Assembly: GCF_006345805.1 (NCBI RefSeq)
Contig: NW_021833790.1
Coordinates: forward strand, 1-55,035
Direction: 5' to 3'
DNA: 55,035 bases
DNA from: Octopus sinensis
Lineage: Eukaryota
Part shown: positions 12,506 to 24,996 of the stretch, piece after piece
Numbering within the stretch: position 1 is the first letter of the stretch
Layout: the number at the start of each line of letters is the position of its first letter
Notes under the pieces: model-generated
What the model was told of the DNA's origin: nothing
Seen by the model: only the letters and a program-made list of their open reading frames with translations
Databases searched by the model: none
Made by a program: the position numbers and the translations under genes

Positions 12506-12881
12506 TTTTGATTCAGATTTTGTCAGAAACGGGAGAAATAATCTATGGTATGTAATTACGTCCCTTTTTGTTTCGAGTTCAAATCCAACCTGGACTGAAT
12601 TTATTTTCACTTTATTCTCCAGTCGAGGTCAATAACAAGTAGCAGTGAAATCGTACTGCAGTGAAATCGATTAAAAATAAAGTAGAGACTTTCCCCTCAA
12701 TTTTTTTTTTGGTTTGGAGCCACACATCACAAGAAATCAATAGAGATATAAATAAATAATTATATTACGTAACTAAATATGAAATGTAACAAATTCCATT
12801 TATCTATTTATATACATATCCATCTATCTATCTATCTACACACGTACATACATATATTTACACGTATATACAAACATATAC

Positions 12882-12931
<50 letters not shown>

Positions 12932-13231
12932 TTACCTACACATATTCATACATACACACATACATGCACACATATATACATACATACACGCGCATATATA
13001 TACATGTACACATATATACGTACACACACACTCACGCATATACTTACACACATATATATATATGCACACATATATTTACTTACATACATACACACATATA
13101 TATATGCACACATATATTTACTTACATACATACACACATATATATATGCACACATATATTTACTTACATACATACTTACACACACACATATATACTTACA
13201 TACACACACACATAGACATTCTTACATACGT

Positions 13232-13264
<33 letters not shown>

Positions 13265-13734
13265 CGTGCACACACACATACATTCGCACACACTTATTCA
13301 TTTATCGATCTGCAATATATTTATAACGTATTCACTCCGACTCTGCCAACGAAAATGGAGAAAAAGAGAGAATGGTTTGATAATCATCTCGTCACCACAG
13401 CCGTCCCATGAAACGAAAGCATAAGCCGAACAGTAATATTAATGTTGAGAAGGCAGACAGAGGAAAGATCATATGTACATAAGGGAGAAGGGCCGTTGCT
13501 GTTTTTCTTTAGCGACCCCCAAAACAGTCCTTCATGTAACAGATCTACGAACAAAGCGATGTTAGCTATGACAATACCGTCAGTTTTTTTTTTTTTTCTT
13601 ACCAGGCATTATGTATCTAGGACTAGATTGTGCGAAGTGGCCAGTACTGGGTGTGGGTTGACGGATATCTAGTTATCATTTTTAGCAGGTCAAGAGACCG
13701 CATACAGGTTCTCTCATTGGCACAAGCGCGTAGA

Positions 13735-13742
13735 CACACACA

Positions 13743-13774
<32 letters not shown>

Positions 13775-13879
13775 CTCACACACACACATACACTCTCTCT
13801 CTCTCTCACACACACATACTCTCTCTCTCTCACACACACACACACAACTCACTCTCTCTCTCTCTCACACACACACCTT

Positions 13880-13911
<32 letters not shown>

Positions 13912-13960
13912 CTCTCTCTCTCACACACACACATTCTCTCTTTCTCTCTCACACACGAGA
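13735..13960. repeat. Alternating (CT)n/(CA)n compound microsatellite
   Basis: Direct reading. Confidence 0.95.
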
Positions 13961-14149
13961 GCAGCTGTTGAATGCGGCAGTTTAGCAGAGTCGTTCGAGT
14001 AGCGGATTGAATCTTTTTTTTTTCTCTAAGCTCTACGTTCAAATTCTGTCCAAGATCAACTCTGCCTGTCATCCTTGCGGAATCGGTAAATCAAATAGTA
14101 ATACATCATAATTTCCTTTTTTTTTTTTTTTTTTTGCTTTTGTGTGTGG

Positions 14150-14815
14150 AATTATAATTAACCACATACCAACACCTTGCAACACAACGGCGAGTGTATG
14201 ACAAGCCACACATCCTCTTCTTTTCCAGAGTGTCACCAAATCACACACCATCTTTCTTTCGAGAGTATAATCAGACACACCCCTCAACGTTCTTTCGGAT
14301 GTATAACCAACAATACATCTTTTCAAGAGTATTAGCAAATTGCTCAACATCTTTCCTTCGGGTATACTAAATAATCGCACACCATTTTGTCGGATGTATA
14401 ACCAACCACACCCCATCTTTATTTCCACTTTTCAACATTTTTGCTGGAGTGGAACCCCAAGGAAACATTCCACTGGCTCGAGGAACTCCTGTGTAATAAT
14501 TTAATAGTCTGATGCACACATATCTGCACAGGAGAATTAAAAACTACTGCCGATTTTAGCAGTTTTGTAACTTCTTGCGGAACCCCTGGACTGTACTGGC
14601 GGAACCCTAAGGTTCCGTGGAACCCTGGTTGAAAACTACTGATATAACCAATCAGTTATCGGGAGTATAACCAGCTACACGCTGTCTTGTTTTCGGGAGT
14701 TATGACCAATCACACGCTAGTATTACCAACTACATACCATCTTCCTTTCGGGAGTATAATCGACTATGTAACAACATTCTTTCAGGAGTACTAAATAACC
14801 GCACGGTGTTCCTTT
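14150..14815 (+). repeat. Degenerate ~40-bp minisatellite (gtataaccaaccacaccatcttYYttcggga) interrupted by a hAT-like MITE
   Basis: Roughly a dozen diverged units; insertion ~14425-14641 ends in ggaaccctggttgaaaactactg. Confidence 0.65.
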
Positions 14816-15194
14816 TGTTTTGTTGGCTGTGTTAACCTCCATTTGATATCAAAACTCCCTGCTGATACTGATGACAGCAAAGCTTAATTAGCGCTGGCAA
14901 AGATTAATTAGAAATGACAAATTTTAATTAGCATTGCAATGATTTGTGCAAGATAAATAATATAAATGAAAAATAGAGGGAAATACGCATCTTGGTAAGG
15001 TTATAGTTTAGGGGTATGTTTCGGTATTCGTGTGTAAATGTATTTGCTTGTGTGCGTGTGTGTGTGTTTAAGTGGGGCAGAATTTCAGAGAGAGAGGGAG
15101 AGAGAGAAAGAGAGAGAGAGTATTTAGTTACAAAGATATTTCGATATTTCCCCTATTGTAAATATTTGCACATTGCCACAAGAGATACCAACTA

Positions 15195-15230
15195 AACATA
15201 CCATGTATATAGTGTGTGTATGTATATAAG

Positions 15231-15315
<85 letters not shown>

Positions 15316-15441
15316 ATAAATATATATATATGTGTGTGATTGTTGTGTGTATGTGTATATATATACACATATACATATATATATATATGTATATATGTGT
15401 ATATATATACATACACATATACATATATATATGTATATATG

Positions 15442-15532
<91 letters not shown>

Positions 15533-15539
15533 TACACAT

Positions 15540-15601
<62 letters not shown>

Positions 15602-15610
15602 GTGTGCGTG
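15195..15610. repeat. Long compound (TA)n/(TG)n microsatellite
   Basis: Direct reading; source of the YI-repeat ORFs. Confidence 0.95.
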
Positions 15611-15939
15611 TTTGATCCAAAGACCGAATGAGAAACACCGGTTACCATTTTTCAACCAAGTGCAACGTCGTAATTAATAATGGTAAAAAAGCTAGTGGCA
15701 CATTAGAGAAAATGAAAATGAAGTAATGTGTATTCATTATATTATATATCCTTTGTTTTCTCGAAAATTGTATAAGTTGCGCGTGTGCGCGCGTCATTCG
15801 ATAAAGAGATAGCAGAACACTGATTGGAACAGTAAATCAAAAAACGAAGAACACTCTGGAAGGCAGTAACCCCAGCAAGACCACAGTTAATCCTTCACTC
15901 CACCTCCCTTGTTCATGTGGCCCACACGTGACCATCGGC

Positions 15940-16120
15940 CAAATTTCTTTCTGTAGATGGATGACCGTTACAGGGTCATCCATCTACAGCCGAGGGGACT
16001 GGAGCGACGTGGAGTGTTTTTTTTTTACTTTTTTCCCAAAGAACACCAGTCTGGAAGCCGAAACCACGACTCTTGCAATCGTGAGCATTACTGCCTGACT
16101 AACCACTAGGCCAAGCTCAC
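15940..16120 (-). mobile_element. Decayed family D SINE with adjacent perfect 16-bp hairpin
   Basis: ggactggagcgacgtg...actaaccactaggcc; hairpin at 15951-15989. Confidence 0.5.
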
Positions 16121-17199
16121 ACACAACACACATACGTCGAATAATTCTTATTCCCAGTTCATTTTCCATGTAAATACATGCATATCAGATTAAACTATCT
16201 TAGCCCGCGTTTAGAATATTGAGGACTCGACATCTTATAAACATATGTGTGTGTCTGTTTCCCAATATAATTTACGATGTGTCTTGATATCACACACACA
16301 CACACACACACATATATGTATATATATATATAACCTTCGACAGTGTTTTCATGGTTGAGATCATTTTTCACACACTTATGAGAAACGCTGTCGACCAAAC
16401 GTAAAAAACCCGCTCATACGTAAAAACATCTCTTCATATTTTTTCCCAGAGCTCTTTTCAGGAAGTGCTCTATCACGTCACATTGTTTATTATCAGATCG
16501 GCTGGCTTCGGCTAACAACACTAAGTTCGCCTATCAGAAGCAGGCAGCAAAGAAGAAAGACTGAAATCTTCTTTAAAGGAACACAAGAATACAGTTTTGT
16601 TAACATAATGGGAAACAGACTATCTTAAGCAGTACATCTCTCGGACCAAACGAAAACAGCGATACGCTCACAATGTAATGTGTGTATGTGTGTGAGAGAG
16701 AGCACACGCACACACACACACACAGTGTTCGTGTGTGTATATTTCTGATTGTGTATATGAATGAAGTGCCGTTGTAGCTGGGATGTAAATATTTAGCCAT
16801 GCTCTAATAAACTCTTTGCCGAGGGTCAAAACCTTTACAAAGAATATAGGTAAGAATCAGACGAACAAAAGGTCACGATTTCGACTTGGTGGAGCCACTT
16901 CAGATCCGGCACACCAAAGAACTTGTGTCGGTTTCTCAACTAAGATTGTATATATTTTAAGGGTAACTGAGAGAGGGGGTGGAGTGGAGTGGAGGTTGGC
17001 AAAACAAAAAAAAAACAACGTATACCGATTGATTATATGTGAATAAGAAGCATACTTTGTAGTCGAGTGGTTCCAGGTTCAGTCCCACTGCACAGCACTT
17101 TGGAGAGAATGTCTTCTGCTATTACCCCAGGCCGACCAATATATTGTGAATATATTTGGTAGATTAAAAACTTTGCGGAAGCCTATCCTGTGTGTGTGT

Positions 17200-17706
17200 T
17201 TTTTATTGACCCCGAAAGGATGACAGGCAAAGCCGACCTCGGGGGAATTTGAACTTGGAACGTAAAATCAGACGAAATAACTATTTCTTTACTACCCACA
17301 AGAGGGGCTAAACACAGAGGAGACGAACAAGGACAGACAAACGGATTAAGTCAATTATATCGACCCACTGCGTAACTGGTACTTATTTAATCGACCTCGA
17401 AAGGATGAAAGGCAAAGTCGACCTCGGCGGAATTTGAACTCAGAACGTAATGGCAGACGAAATACCTATTTCTATTTCTTTACTACCCACCAGGGGCGAA
17501 ACACAGAGAGGACAAACAAGGACAGACAACCGGATTAAGTCGATTATATCGACCCCATTGCGTAACTGGTACTTAATTTATCGACCCCGAAAGGATGAAA
17601 GGCAAAGTCGACCTCGGCGGAATTTGAACTCAAGAACGTAGCGGCAGACGAAATACTGCTAAGCATTTCGCCCGGCGTGCTGACGTTTCTGCCAGCTCGC
17701 CGCCCT
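17200..17706 (-). mobile_element. SINE family B head-to-tail trimer
   Basis: One headed copy (17706-17465) followed on minus by two headless copies restarting at tatttcgtctg; spacing 185-191 bp. Confidence 0.9.
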
Positions 17707-17855
17707 TTTTTTTTTTACTGTTTTCTATCATTGAACTAAAGCCCTGCAGAACGATATAGTTAAAAAACGGCGAACCGAACTTAAGACTTTCTGAAAAGAA
17801 GAGCAAAGTTTCAGAACGTTTGAAGGATGGAAGAGAAAGAAAAAAAAAACCCCAT

Positions 17856-18236
17856 TGTTTACCAACCACATGGTTCCGGGTTCAGTCCCACTGCGTGGCA
17901 CCTTGGGCAAGTGTCTTCTACTATAGCCTCGGGCCGACCAAAGCCTTGTGAGTGGATTTTGTAGACGGAAACTGAAAGAAGCCCGTCGTATATATGTATA
18001 TGTATATATATGCATGCGTGTGTTTGTGTGTCTGTGTTTGTCCCCCTAATATTGCTTGAAAACCGATGCTGGTGTGTTTATGTCCCCGTCACTTAGCGGT
18101 TCGGCAAAAGAGACCGATAGAATAAGTACTGGGCTTACAAAAGAATAAGTCCCGGGGTCGATTTGCTCGATTAAAAGGCGTTGCTCCAGCATGGCCGCAG
18201 TCAAACGACTGAAACAAGTAAAAGAGTAAAAGAGTA
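17856..18236 (+). mobile_element. SINE family A, slightly 5'-truncated
   Basis: High similarity to 9554-9929 and 203-589. Confidence 0.92.
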
Positions 18237-18831
18237 TTATAGCGGAATATATTTTAGTTAATTTTATTTTATTCCAGGCTTATCTTTGTCAACTAATTAC
18301 AAATTTTCAAAACACCTATTTATAATTTCTATCTATGCCTGTAATTACTTGTTTACATTACGCGTTGAACACATAAAAATCGCAAGAAATTTTCCAGACA
18401 AAATATTGAAAAAAATGTAAATTATAAGTTTCGTTGGAAGTGCTTATTCCCAAACTTCGCCTTTTATTCATTATGTGAAACATTTCATAAATAATTATAT
18501 TTAATATATAATTTTTTTTTAAAATTGGTTTCGCAACATCTACATACATGCATACATACATACGCATATATAACGATTCCTGTTTCGCCACAGCCATATT
18601 AATAACCAGTTATTGGAAATTCAATATACTTATATATCACAGTAAACAACCAGATCAGTAGTGAGAGAGTAATGGTAACTGACAAATGAAGGACGAAGGA
18701 AGAGGACACAAATAATCACTTTCATTGGCTTACATATGTTTCTGCTACAAGTAACTAGATAACTAACTACAGCTGAGAGTGCCAGTGCGACATTTAATAG
18801 CTTCCTCGGAGCCGCCTGAATACATACATAA

Positions 18832-19030
18832 AGTTAATCCAAGGATGAAAACACAAAGAGAAAACACAACAACACGAGGACGTGGAACAAGTATAGTGTT
18901 ATTGGACGCTCAGGAAAGGAAAGAAAGAAGGAGGGTTTAAGGTTTCGAGCGGAGCTCTTCGTCAGAAACATAGGGAAAGGAAAGATCCAAGGAAGGGAAG
19001 ACGGAGGAAAAGAAATAGCCAACGATACAC
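18832..19030 (-). mobile_element. Short HHR-bearing element, family H2
   Basis: Minus GTTT CTGACGA A GAGC TCC GCTC GAAAC CTT AAAC (18935-18969); homologous to 25889-26072; microsatellite-flanked. Confidence 0.8.
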
Positions 19031-19304
19031 ACGTGTGTGTGTGTGTGTGTGTGTGTTGTGTGTGTGTATGCGTGAGTTAACTTCACTGCTATCTTCTAAG
19101 ATAAAACAATACCTAAGTTTTATTTAAGTCAGTTATAGCGAGTCCAAGACATTTTGAATTTTGGTCATTGCTTTATCAATGTCTATGTGTCCTTCTTTTT
19201 TCATATAGTGGAGTGTGATATTAGAGGAAATTTGGTGGATATTTCCAAGCTTCTAGAGATCTCAAGTAGAGGGCCCCTTGCTGGCTCATATATATATATA
19301 GATT

Positions 19305-19470
19305 AAATTAACAGAATACAAAAGACGAAACAGGTGAAGGAACAACAAGCAGATGTATTAGTTTCATGCTCTGGAAAAATGAAAAAAATCTTTGACATTT
19401 CGAGCCTACGCTCTTCAACAGAAAGGATTAACTGGGAAAAAATACGGAGCGAGAACGAAAGAAAACGGCA
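19305..19470 (-). mobile_element. Short HHR-bearing element, family H1
   Basis: Minus CTTT CTGTTGA A GAGC GTAG GCTC GAAAT GTC AAAG (19390-19425). Confidence 0.75.
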
Positions 19471-20414
19471 CATATATACATGTGTATATGCGCGTGCGTG
19501 CGTTTGTGTGTGTGTATGTGTGTGTGTGTGTGTGTGTTCATGTCAGAAAAGAAAAACAACGCGTTGACTTCGTGACACTGTACAGAACTGACAAGCGAAA
19601 AATTGGGATTTCAGCCTGGTTAGGTCCTATTTAACTTCTGTGCAGAATGGCATAAATTTTATAACTTATGTATTTATAATGTTAGGAATAAATCATCTGC
19701 TGGCGTAATTTCGACAATACACACACACACACACACACATATATATTCATACACATAGATACATTTCGAACCCACCAGCCACACACACACGTCCATATAT
19801 CTAAAGGCATACGTACACATGCTATTCACTTAAGGACAAAACTTTGGGAATGACTTCTCATATAGAAATAAGTAAACCATATGCCCATGGGTGCATCTAT
19901 TATATAATTATCTACTAAATAGATATCTCCAGATAATTCTGATTATACGGATATATATTATGTATGTTTGTATGTATGTATACATACATGTACGTATATA
20001 TGTGTATGTGCAAACATCGCATGTATCTATATAGATGTTCGTTTGTTTATGTGTGTGTGTATCTCTGCATCGGAGCTGATGTAATTCTGAATATATTACG
20101 AAACAGCTGTAACCTCAACAGATGCATTAAAACTCTTTTTGCTTCTTACCTCTGTTTAATTCGCTTATTTATGTATACTCCACAATGAAAATACTGTTTG
20201 TATATCCCCGATTTTTAGCTGCACAGTCCTTTTGAATTACGCTGGAATTTAATTATCTTCTTGACCTGAAAGCTGGATCTTCGGTCAGAGTGCATACCGT
20301 TGTTTTCACATGGTTCTATGCACCCAATTCTTATATTATATATATACACACACACATACACACATTCGTTTTCACGTAGAACATCGCAATAGTCGAACGT
20401 ATTCAAAATATATC

Positions 20415-20633
20415 TTTTATCGTTTACTTGTTTCAGTCATTAGATTGCGGCCATGCTGTGCACCGCCTTGAAGAATCTATCGACCCCAGGACTTACTTTT
20501 TATTAGCCTGGTACTTATTCTATCGGTCTCTTTTGCCGAACTGCTAAGATACGGGGATGTAAACATACCAGCACCGGTTGACAAAGAGACACACGTATAT
20601 ATGCATATATACGACGGGCTTTCAATTTCCGTC
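20415..20633 (-). mobile_element. SINE family A, 3' half plus fragment
   Basis: Homology to 203-589. Confidence 0.85.
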
Positions 20634-20660
20634 ATATATATGTATATATATATATATATA

Positions 20661-20702
<42 letters not shown>

Positions 20703-20709
<7 letters not shown>

Positions 20710-20912
20710 TCTGTGTTTGTCCCCACCAACATCGCTTGACAACCGATGCTGGTATGTTTACGTCCCTCGTAACCTAGCGGTTCGGCAAAAAAGACCGATA
20801 CAATAAGTACAAGGCTTAAAAAAGAATAAGTCCTGGGGTGGATTTGCTCGACTAAAGGCGGTGCTCCAGCATGGCCGCAGTCAAATGACTGAAACAAGTA
20901 AAAGAGTAAAGA
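20703..20912 (+). mobile_element. SINE family A, 3' half
   Basis: Inverted relative to 20415-20633. Confidence 0.9.
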
Positions 20913-21859
20913 GTATACCGCAAGTGAAAAAAAAAAATGGTTGCGGATGACTGTTATAAGCCATAAAATACGGCACACACACACACACAGAGGTTTTTGA
21001 GCCTATCAAATTACCTACCTATCGTTCCGTTTGTCCGTCCGTCCGTCCGTCTACCTATATTACCTGGCTTTCTATCTGTCTATATCTTTGTCTATCTGTA
21101 TCTATCTATCTATCTATCGCTGTCAGCACTAAATATGAACGACAGCTGAACTGAAAATGGGGAAGAAGAAAAAAAAATTTAAAAAGGGTAAAAAGACAGA
21201 AAGAAAACGATAAAGAAATAACCTCTACGAATATATGTTTGACCTCCCAAAAACTGTGACGATAAGTGGGAGCGGTGGGGGTCCTACGGCTCACACACAC
21301 ACACGCATATCTGTCCACCTGTCAATTTCCCAAAGCCACTGACCTTCTCATTTCAGAAATGGTAGCAGCAGCAGTAGTAGTAGTAGTAGTAGTAGTAGTA
21401 GTTATGACTCGATATTAGCTTAAATCACCCCTTCACTAAGCTAAGTGATAATGGTGGTAGTATTGAGGTGGTGGCGGTGTTATAATACTGTTGGTAGAGG
21501 TGTTAGTGGTGCTGTTAATGCTATTTTTGTACTCATGTATTAGCGTTGCGGTAGTAGCTTTAGTGGTACTAGTGTAGTGTAGTGGCTTTGGTATCGTGGG
21601 TGTGTAGCAATTGGCAATACACTGTACTTCACAGCTCTCATCATGCCCCGTCCCTAACGGAATACACTGGACGGCACTTCCCCGCCTTACAGTGATAGAC
21701 TTATTTTGGAACTCCACTTTAGCATTATTACAAATTAGTCCCCACCTAGAATATTCTGATGCACACCTAGGCACCAAAGTCTAGCCTGATTCTCATATGT
21801 ATTAGTTGAATCAGTCAGTCTCTTGCTATTCTGCGTTCTGCCAGTGAGTACGACTTGTC

Positions 21860-21916
21860 AAAATATGCCTGAAGAGCCTGTGCAACCACAGGTGAAACTC
21901 AGTAGCAAGAAATTTT
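21860..21916 (+). ncRNA. Minimal type I hammerhead ribozyme, canonical core
   Basis: AAAAT A TGC CTGAAGA GCCTGTG CAAC CACAGGT GAAAC TCA GTA GCA AGAA ATTTT: 7-bp stem II closed by G.U, 2-bp stem III, GUA triplet, stem I of 3+5 bp. Confidence 0.75.
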
Positions 21917-21982
21917 ATCCTTATATTAGAAGCATATATATGTGTGTGTGCGTGTGTGTGTGTGTGTGTGTATGTGTGTGTG

Positions 21983-22170
21983 TAGGGAGAATTCACGAAA
22001 AAGAAAAAAACAAAAGACGAAGAGAGGTGGTGTAGAAAACAAACAGATGTATTAGTATAGCGCTCGGGAATTGAAAAAGTCTTTAACGTTTCGAGCCTAC
22101 GCTCTTCCACAGAAAGGAACACAGAAAGAAACAAGGAGAGAAACAAAATGTGTCTAGTGGCTACCGATCT
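21983..22170 (-). mobile_element. Short HHR-bearing element, family H1
   Basis: Minus CTTT CTGTGGA A GAGC GTAG GCTC GAAAC GTT AAAG (22081-22116). Confidence 0.8.
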
Positions 22171-22177
22171 ATATATG

Positions 22178-22211
<34 letters not shown>

Positions 22212-22239
22212 TGTATGTATGTATGTATGATGTATGTAT

Positions 22240-22452
22240 TTGTGTGTCTGTGTTTGTCCCCTCACCAGCGCTTGACAACCGATGTTGGTGTGTTTACGTC
22301 CCCGTAACTTGGTTCGGCAAAAAAAAAAAGAAAAAGCCCGCTAAGATAAAAGTACTAGGCCGTACAAAGAATAAGTCCTGCGATCGATTTGTTCGACTTA
22401 AAGGCGGTGCTCCAGCACGGCCGCAGTCAAATGGCCGAAACAAGCAAAAGAA
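22240..22452 (+). mobile_element. SINE family A, 3' half
   Basis: Homology to other copies. Confidence 0.85.
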
Positions 22453-23061
22453 TACAACAATATATATATATATATATAATACAGAGAGAGAGAGAGAGAG
22501 AGAGAAAGAAAGAGAGAGATGTATAGGTATGTATCTGGGAACTATTTATTTGTTAACACGTCACACACACTTAACGACACCTCCCACCCATCTCTTCACG
22601 TCCATTCACTGGTCTTTCAACCTCTTACTTCCCCTCTCCTTTCTCATTGTCACATCTCGGTTCTCTCTCTTTCCCCTTCTATTCTGCATTACTATGTCTA
22701 ATGCCCTCGCGCACGCGCCGTGTATTTGTGTGTGTGTATGTATATGTGTGTGTGTATATGTATGTGTGTGTGTAGCTATTTGATGTATGTGTGTGAGAAC
22801 GGAACAGTAGAGTAGAGAGATGGTCTTCCTCTCCGCTTTGACTTCCAACTAAACTAACTTGTTACTTGGAGCGAGAGAGAGAGGTAGGGGGGGAAAGGAG
22901 ACAGAGAGAGAGAGAGAATAGGAACGAGAGAGAAAGAGACGAAGAAGGTGAGAAAGAGAGGTCAAACATTTAAAGCGTAGGTTAATAACCCACCCCTTAC
23001 TACCTCGTTACGCTACGTAGCTTGAAAGTAAAGGGAGGGTGAGGATGGGCAGAGAGAGAGC

Positions 23062-23092
<31 letters not shown>

Positions 23093-23154
23093 GATAAAAC
23101 AGACGGAAGGGCACGTATGAGGTCGCAGTAAAGAGAATATATAAATATATATTT

Positions 23155-23371
23155 CTCTTTTACTTGTTTCAGTCATTTGACTGCGGCCATGCTGGAGCAC
23201 CGCCTTTATAGTCGAGCAAATCGACCCCGGGACTTATTCTTTGTAAGCCCAGTACTTATTCTATCATTCTCTTTTGCCGAGCCGCTAAGTTACGGGGATG
23301 TAAACACACCAGCATCGGTTGTCAAGCGATACTGGGGGATGGAACAAACACAGACACACAAACATACACAC

Positions 23372-23402
<31 letters not shown>

Positions 23403-23568
23403 TACGACGGGCTTCTTTCAGTTTCCGTCTACCAAATCCACTCACAAGGCTTTGGTCGGCCCGAGGCTATAGTAAAAGACACTTGCCCAAGGTGCCACGC
23501 AGTGGGAGGGAATGAACCCGAAACCATGTGGTTGGTAAGCAAGCTACTTACCACAAAGCCACTCCTGC
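23155..23568 (-). mobile_element. SINE family A, full length
   Basis: All diagnostic blocks present. Confidence 0.92.
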
Positions 23569-23763
23569 GCCCATACTAAATATATATACCTTCGAAACAC
23601 GGAGTAGTCGAAAGAGGGGCAGCTGAAGAAGGGGAATATTCCTTGCGTTGTACGTCTTGCACTCTGTTTTTTCGTTGTTTGATAAAAAAGTTCGTTTCTA
23701 TGTTTTTGTTTTTATGTTTTCGGTTCTCATTGTGTTCTGCGTTTTTTTGTGGTGTCCTGTACC

Positions 23764-23903
23764 CATATATGCATGTATATATACATATAGATGTAAGAAA
23801 GTACATATATGTATGTATATATACATATAGATGTAAGAAAGTACATATATGCATGTATATATACATATAGATGTAAGAAAGTACATATATGTATGTATAT
23901 ATG
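23764..23903 (+). repeat. 40-bp minisatellite, 3.5 units with alternating C/T variant
   Basis: catatatg(c/t)atgtatatatacatatagatgtaagaaagta at 23764, 23804, 23844, 23884. Confidence 0.95.
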
Positions 23904-24334
23904 CATATGTTTTATTTATTATTTTTTATTATATATATATATATATTATATATATATATATTATATATATATATATTAAGTGGAAAAAGGGAGAAGTGGG
24001 AAAAAGTCATTTAATTTCTAAACCCCCCACCTCTCTCTCTATCTCTCTCTCTTTTCTATGGTGTTGGTGGTAATGTAGGTGGCGACAGTGGCGGTGTCGA
24101 TGATAGTTGTTTGGGTGGAAGTTGGAAGGGAGGTGAGTTGTATTTGACCTGTTTGGTAGCTTCGTCTCAAGAGAACGGGACAGAAGGCCTGCATATATAC
24201 CTGTGTATATGTGTGTGTGTGCGTGTGTACAATTAAGTTTACACATCAGGTAGATAAAAAAAATATTCAGGTATTATCATTTTTCTATACATACATAGTA
24301 CAATTCATACGTAGACATACGCACACACATTTCT

Positions 24335-24365
<31 letters not shown>

Positions 24366-24666
24366 TATACACACATATGTACATACATACATACAGTGTA
24401 TTTCAAAGATATTTTGAGACCTGGAAAATACCAACAAAAATACACACCTGAAAGAGCAACAACAATAACAAAAGGTGAGAAATGGTCAGCGCTGGACAGG
24501 CGAGTAATTGCTATAATGGGTGCGTCGAAGCAATTATACACAGCTTATCTACATCCTTTACATCCCCTCAATGACCGTGGGGCAGGCGGTGGTAGAGGTG
24601 AGTAGTGGTGGTGGCGAGACCCCCTTTTCTTTTGAAAACTAGCAAAAGTATACACACTCATTCATA

Positions 24667-24958
24667 GCGTAGCTGTGTGGTAAGAAGCTTGCTTCCCAAC
24701 CACATGGATACGGGTTCAGTCCCACTGCGTGACACCTAGGGCAAGTGTCAAGTGTCATCTACTATAGGCTCGGACTGACCGAAACTGAAAGAAACTTGTC
24801 GTATATTTTATGTGTATATGTATGTGTGTGTGTGTCTGTATTTGTACCCCCATCACCATCACCGTGACAGTCGGTGTTGGTGTATTTACATCCCCGAAAC
24901 GTAGAATAAATAGAAGGCGTTAAGAATAAGTCCTGGGGTCAATTTCAAATAACGAAAC
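24667..24958 (+). mobile_element. SINE family A, internally deleted
   Basis: gcgtagctgtgtggtaagaagc...ggttcagtccc...aagaataagtcctggggtc. Confidence 0.75.

Positions 24959-24995
<37 letters not shown>

Positions 24996-24996
<1 letters not shown>

Noticed and set aside
23590-23645. GAAAC...GTC followed by CTGAAGA (permuted hammerhead?)
   Set aside because: No stem I hairpin between GTC and CTGA, and no GAAA after the downstream stem; at best a truncated half motif.
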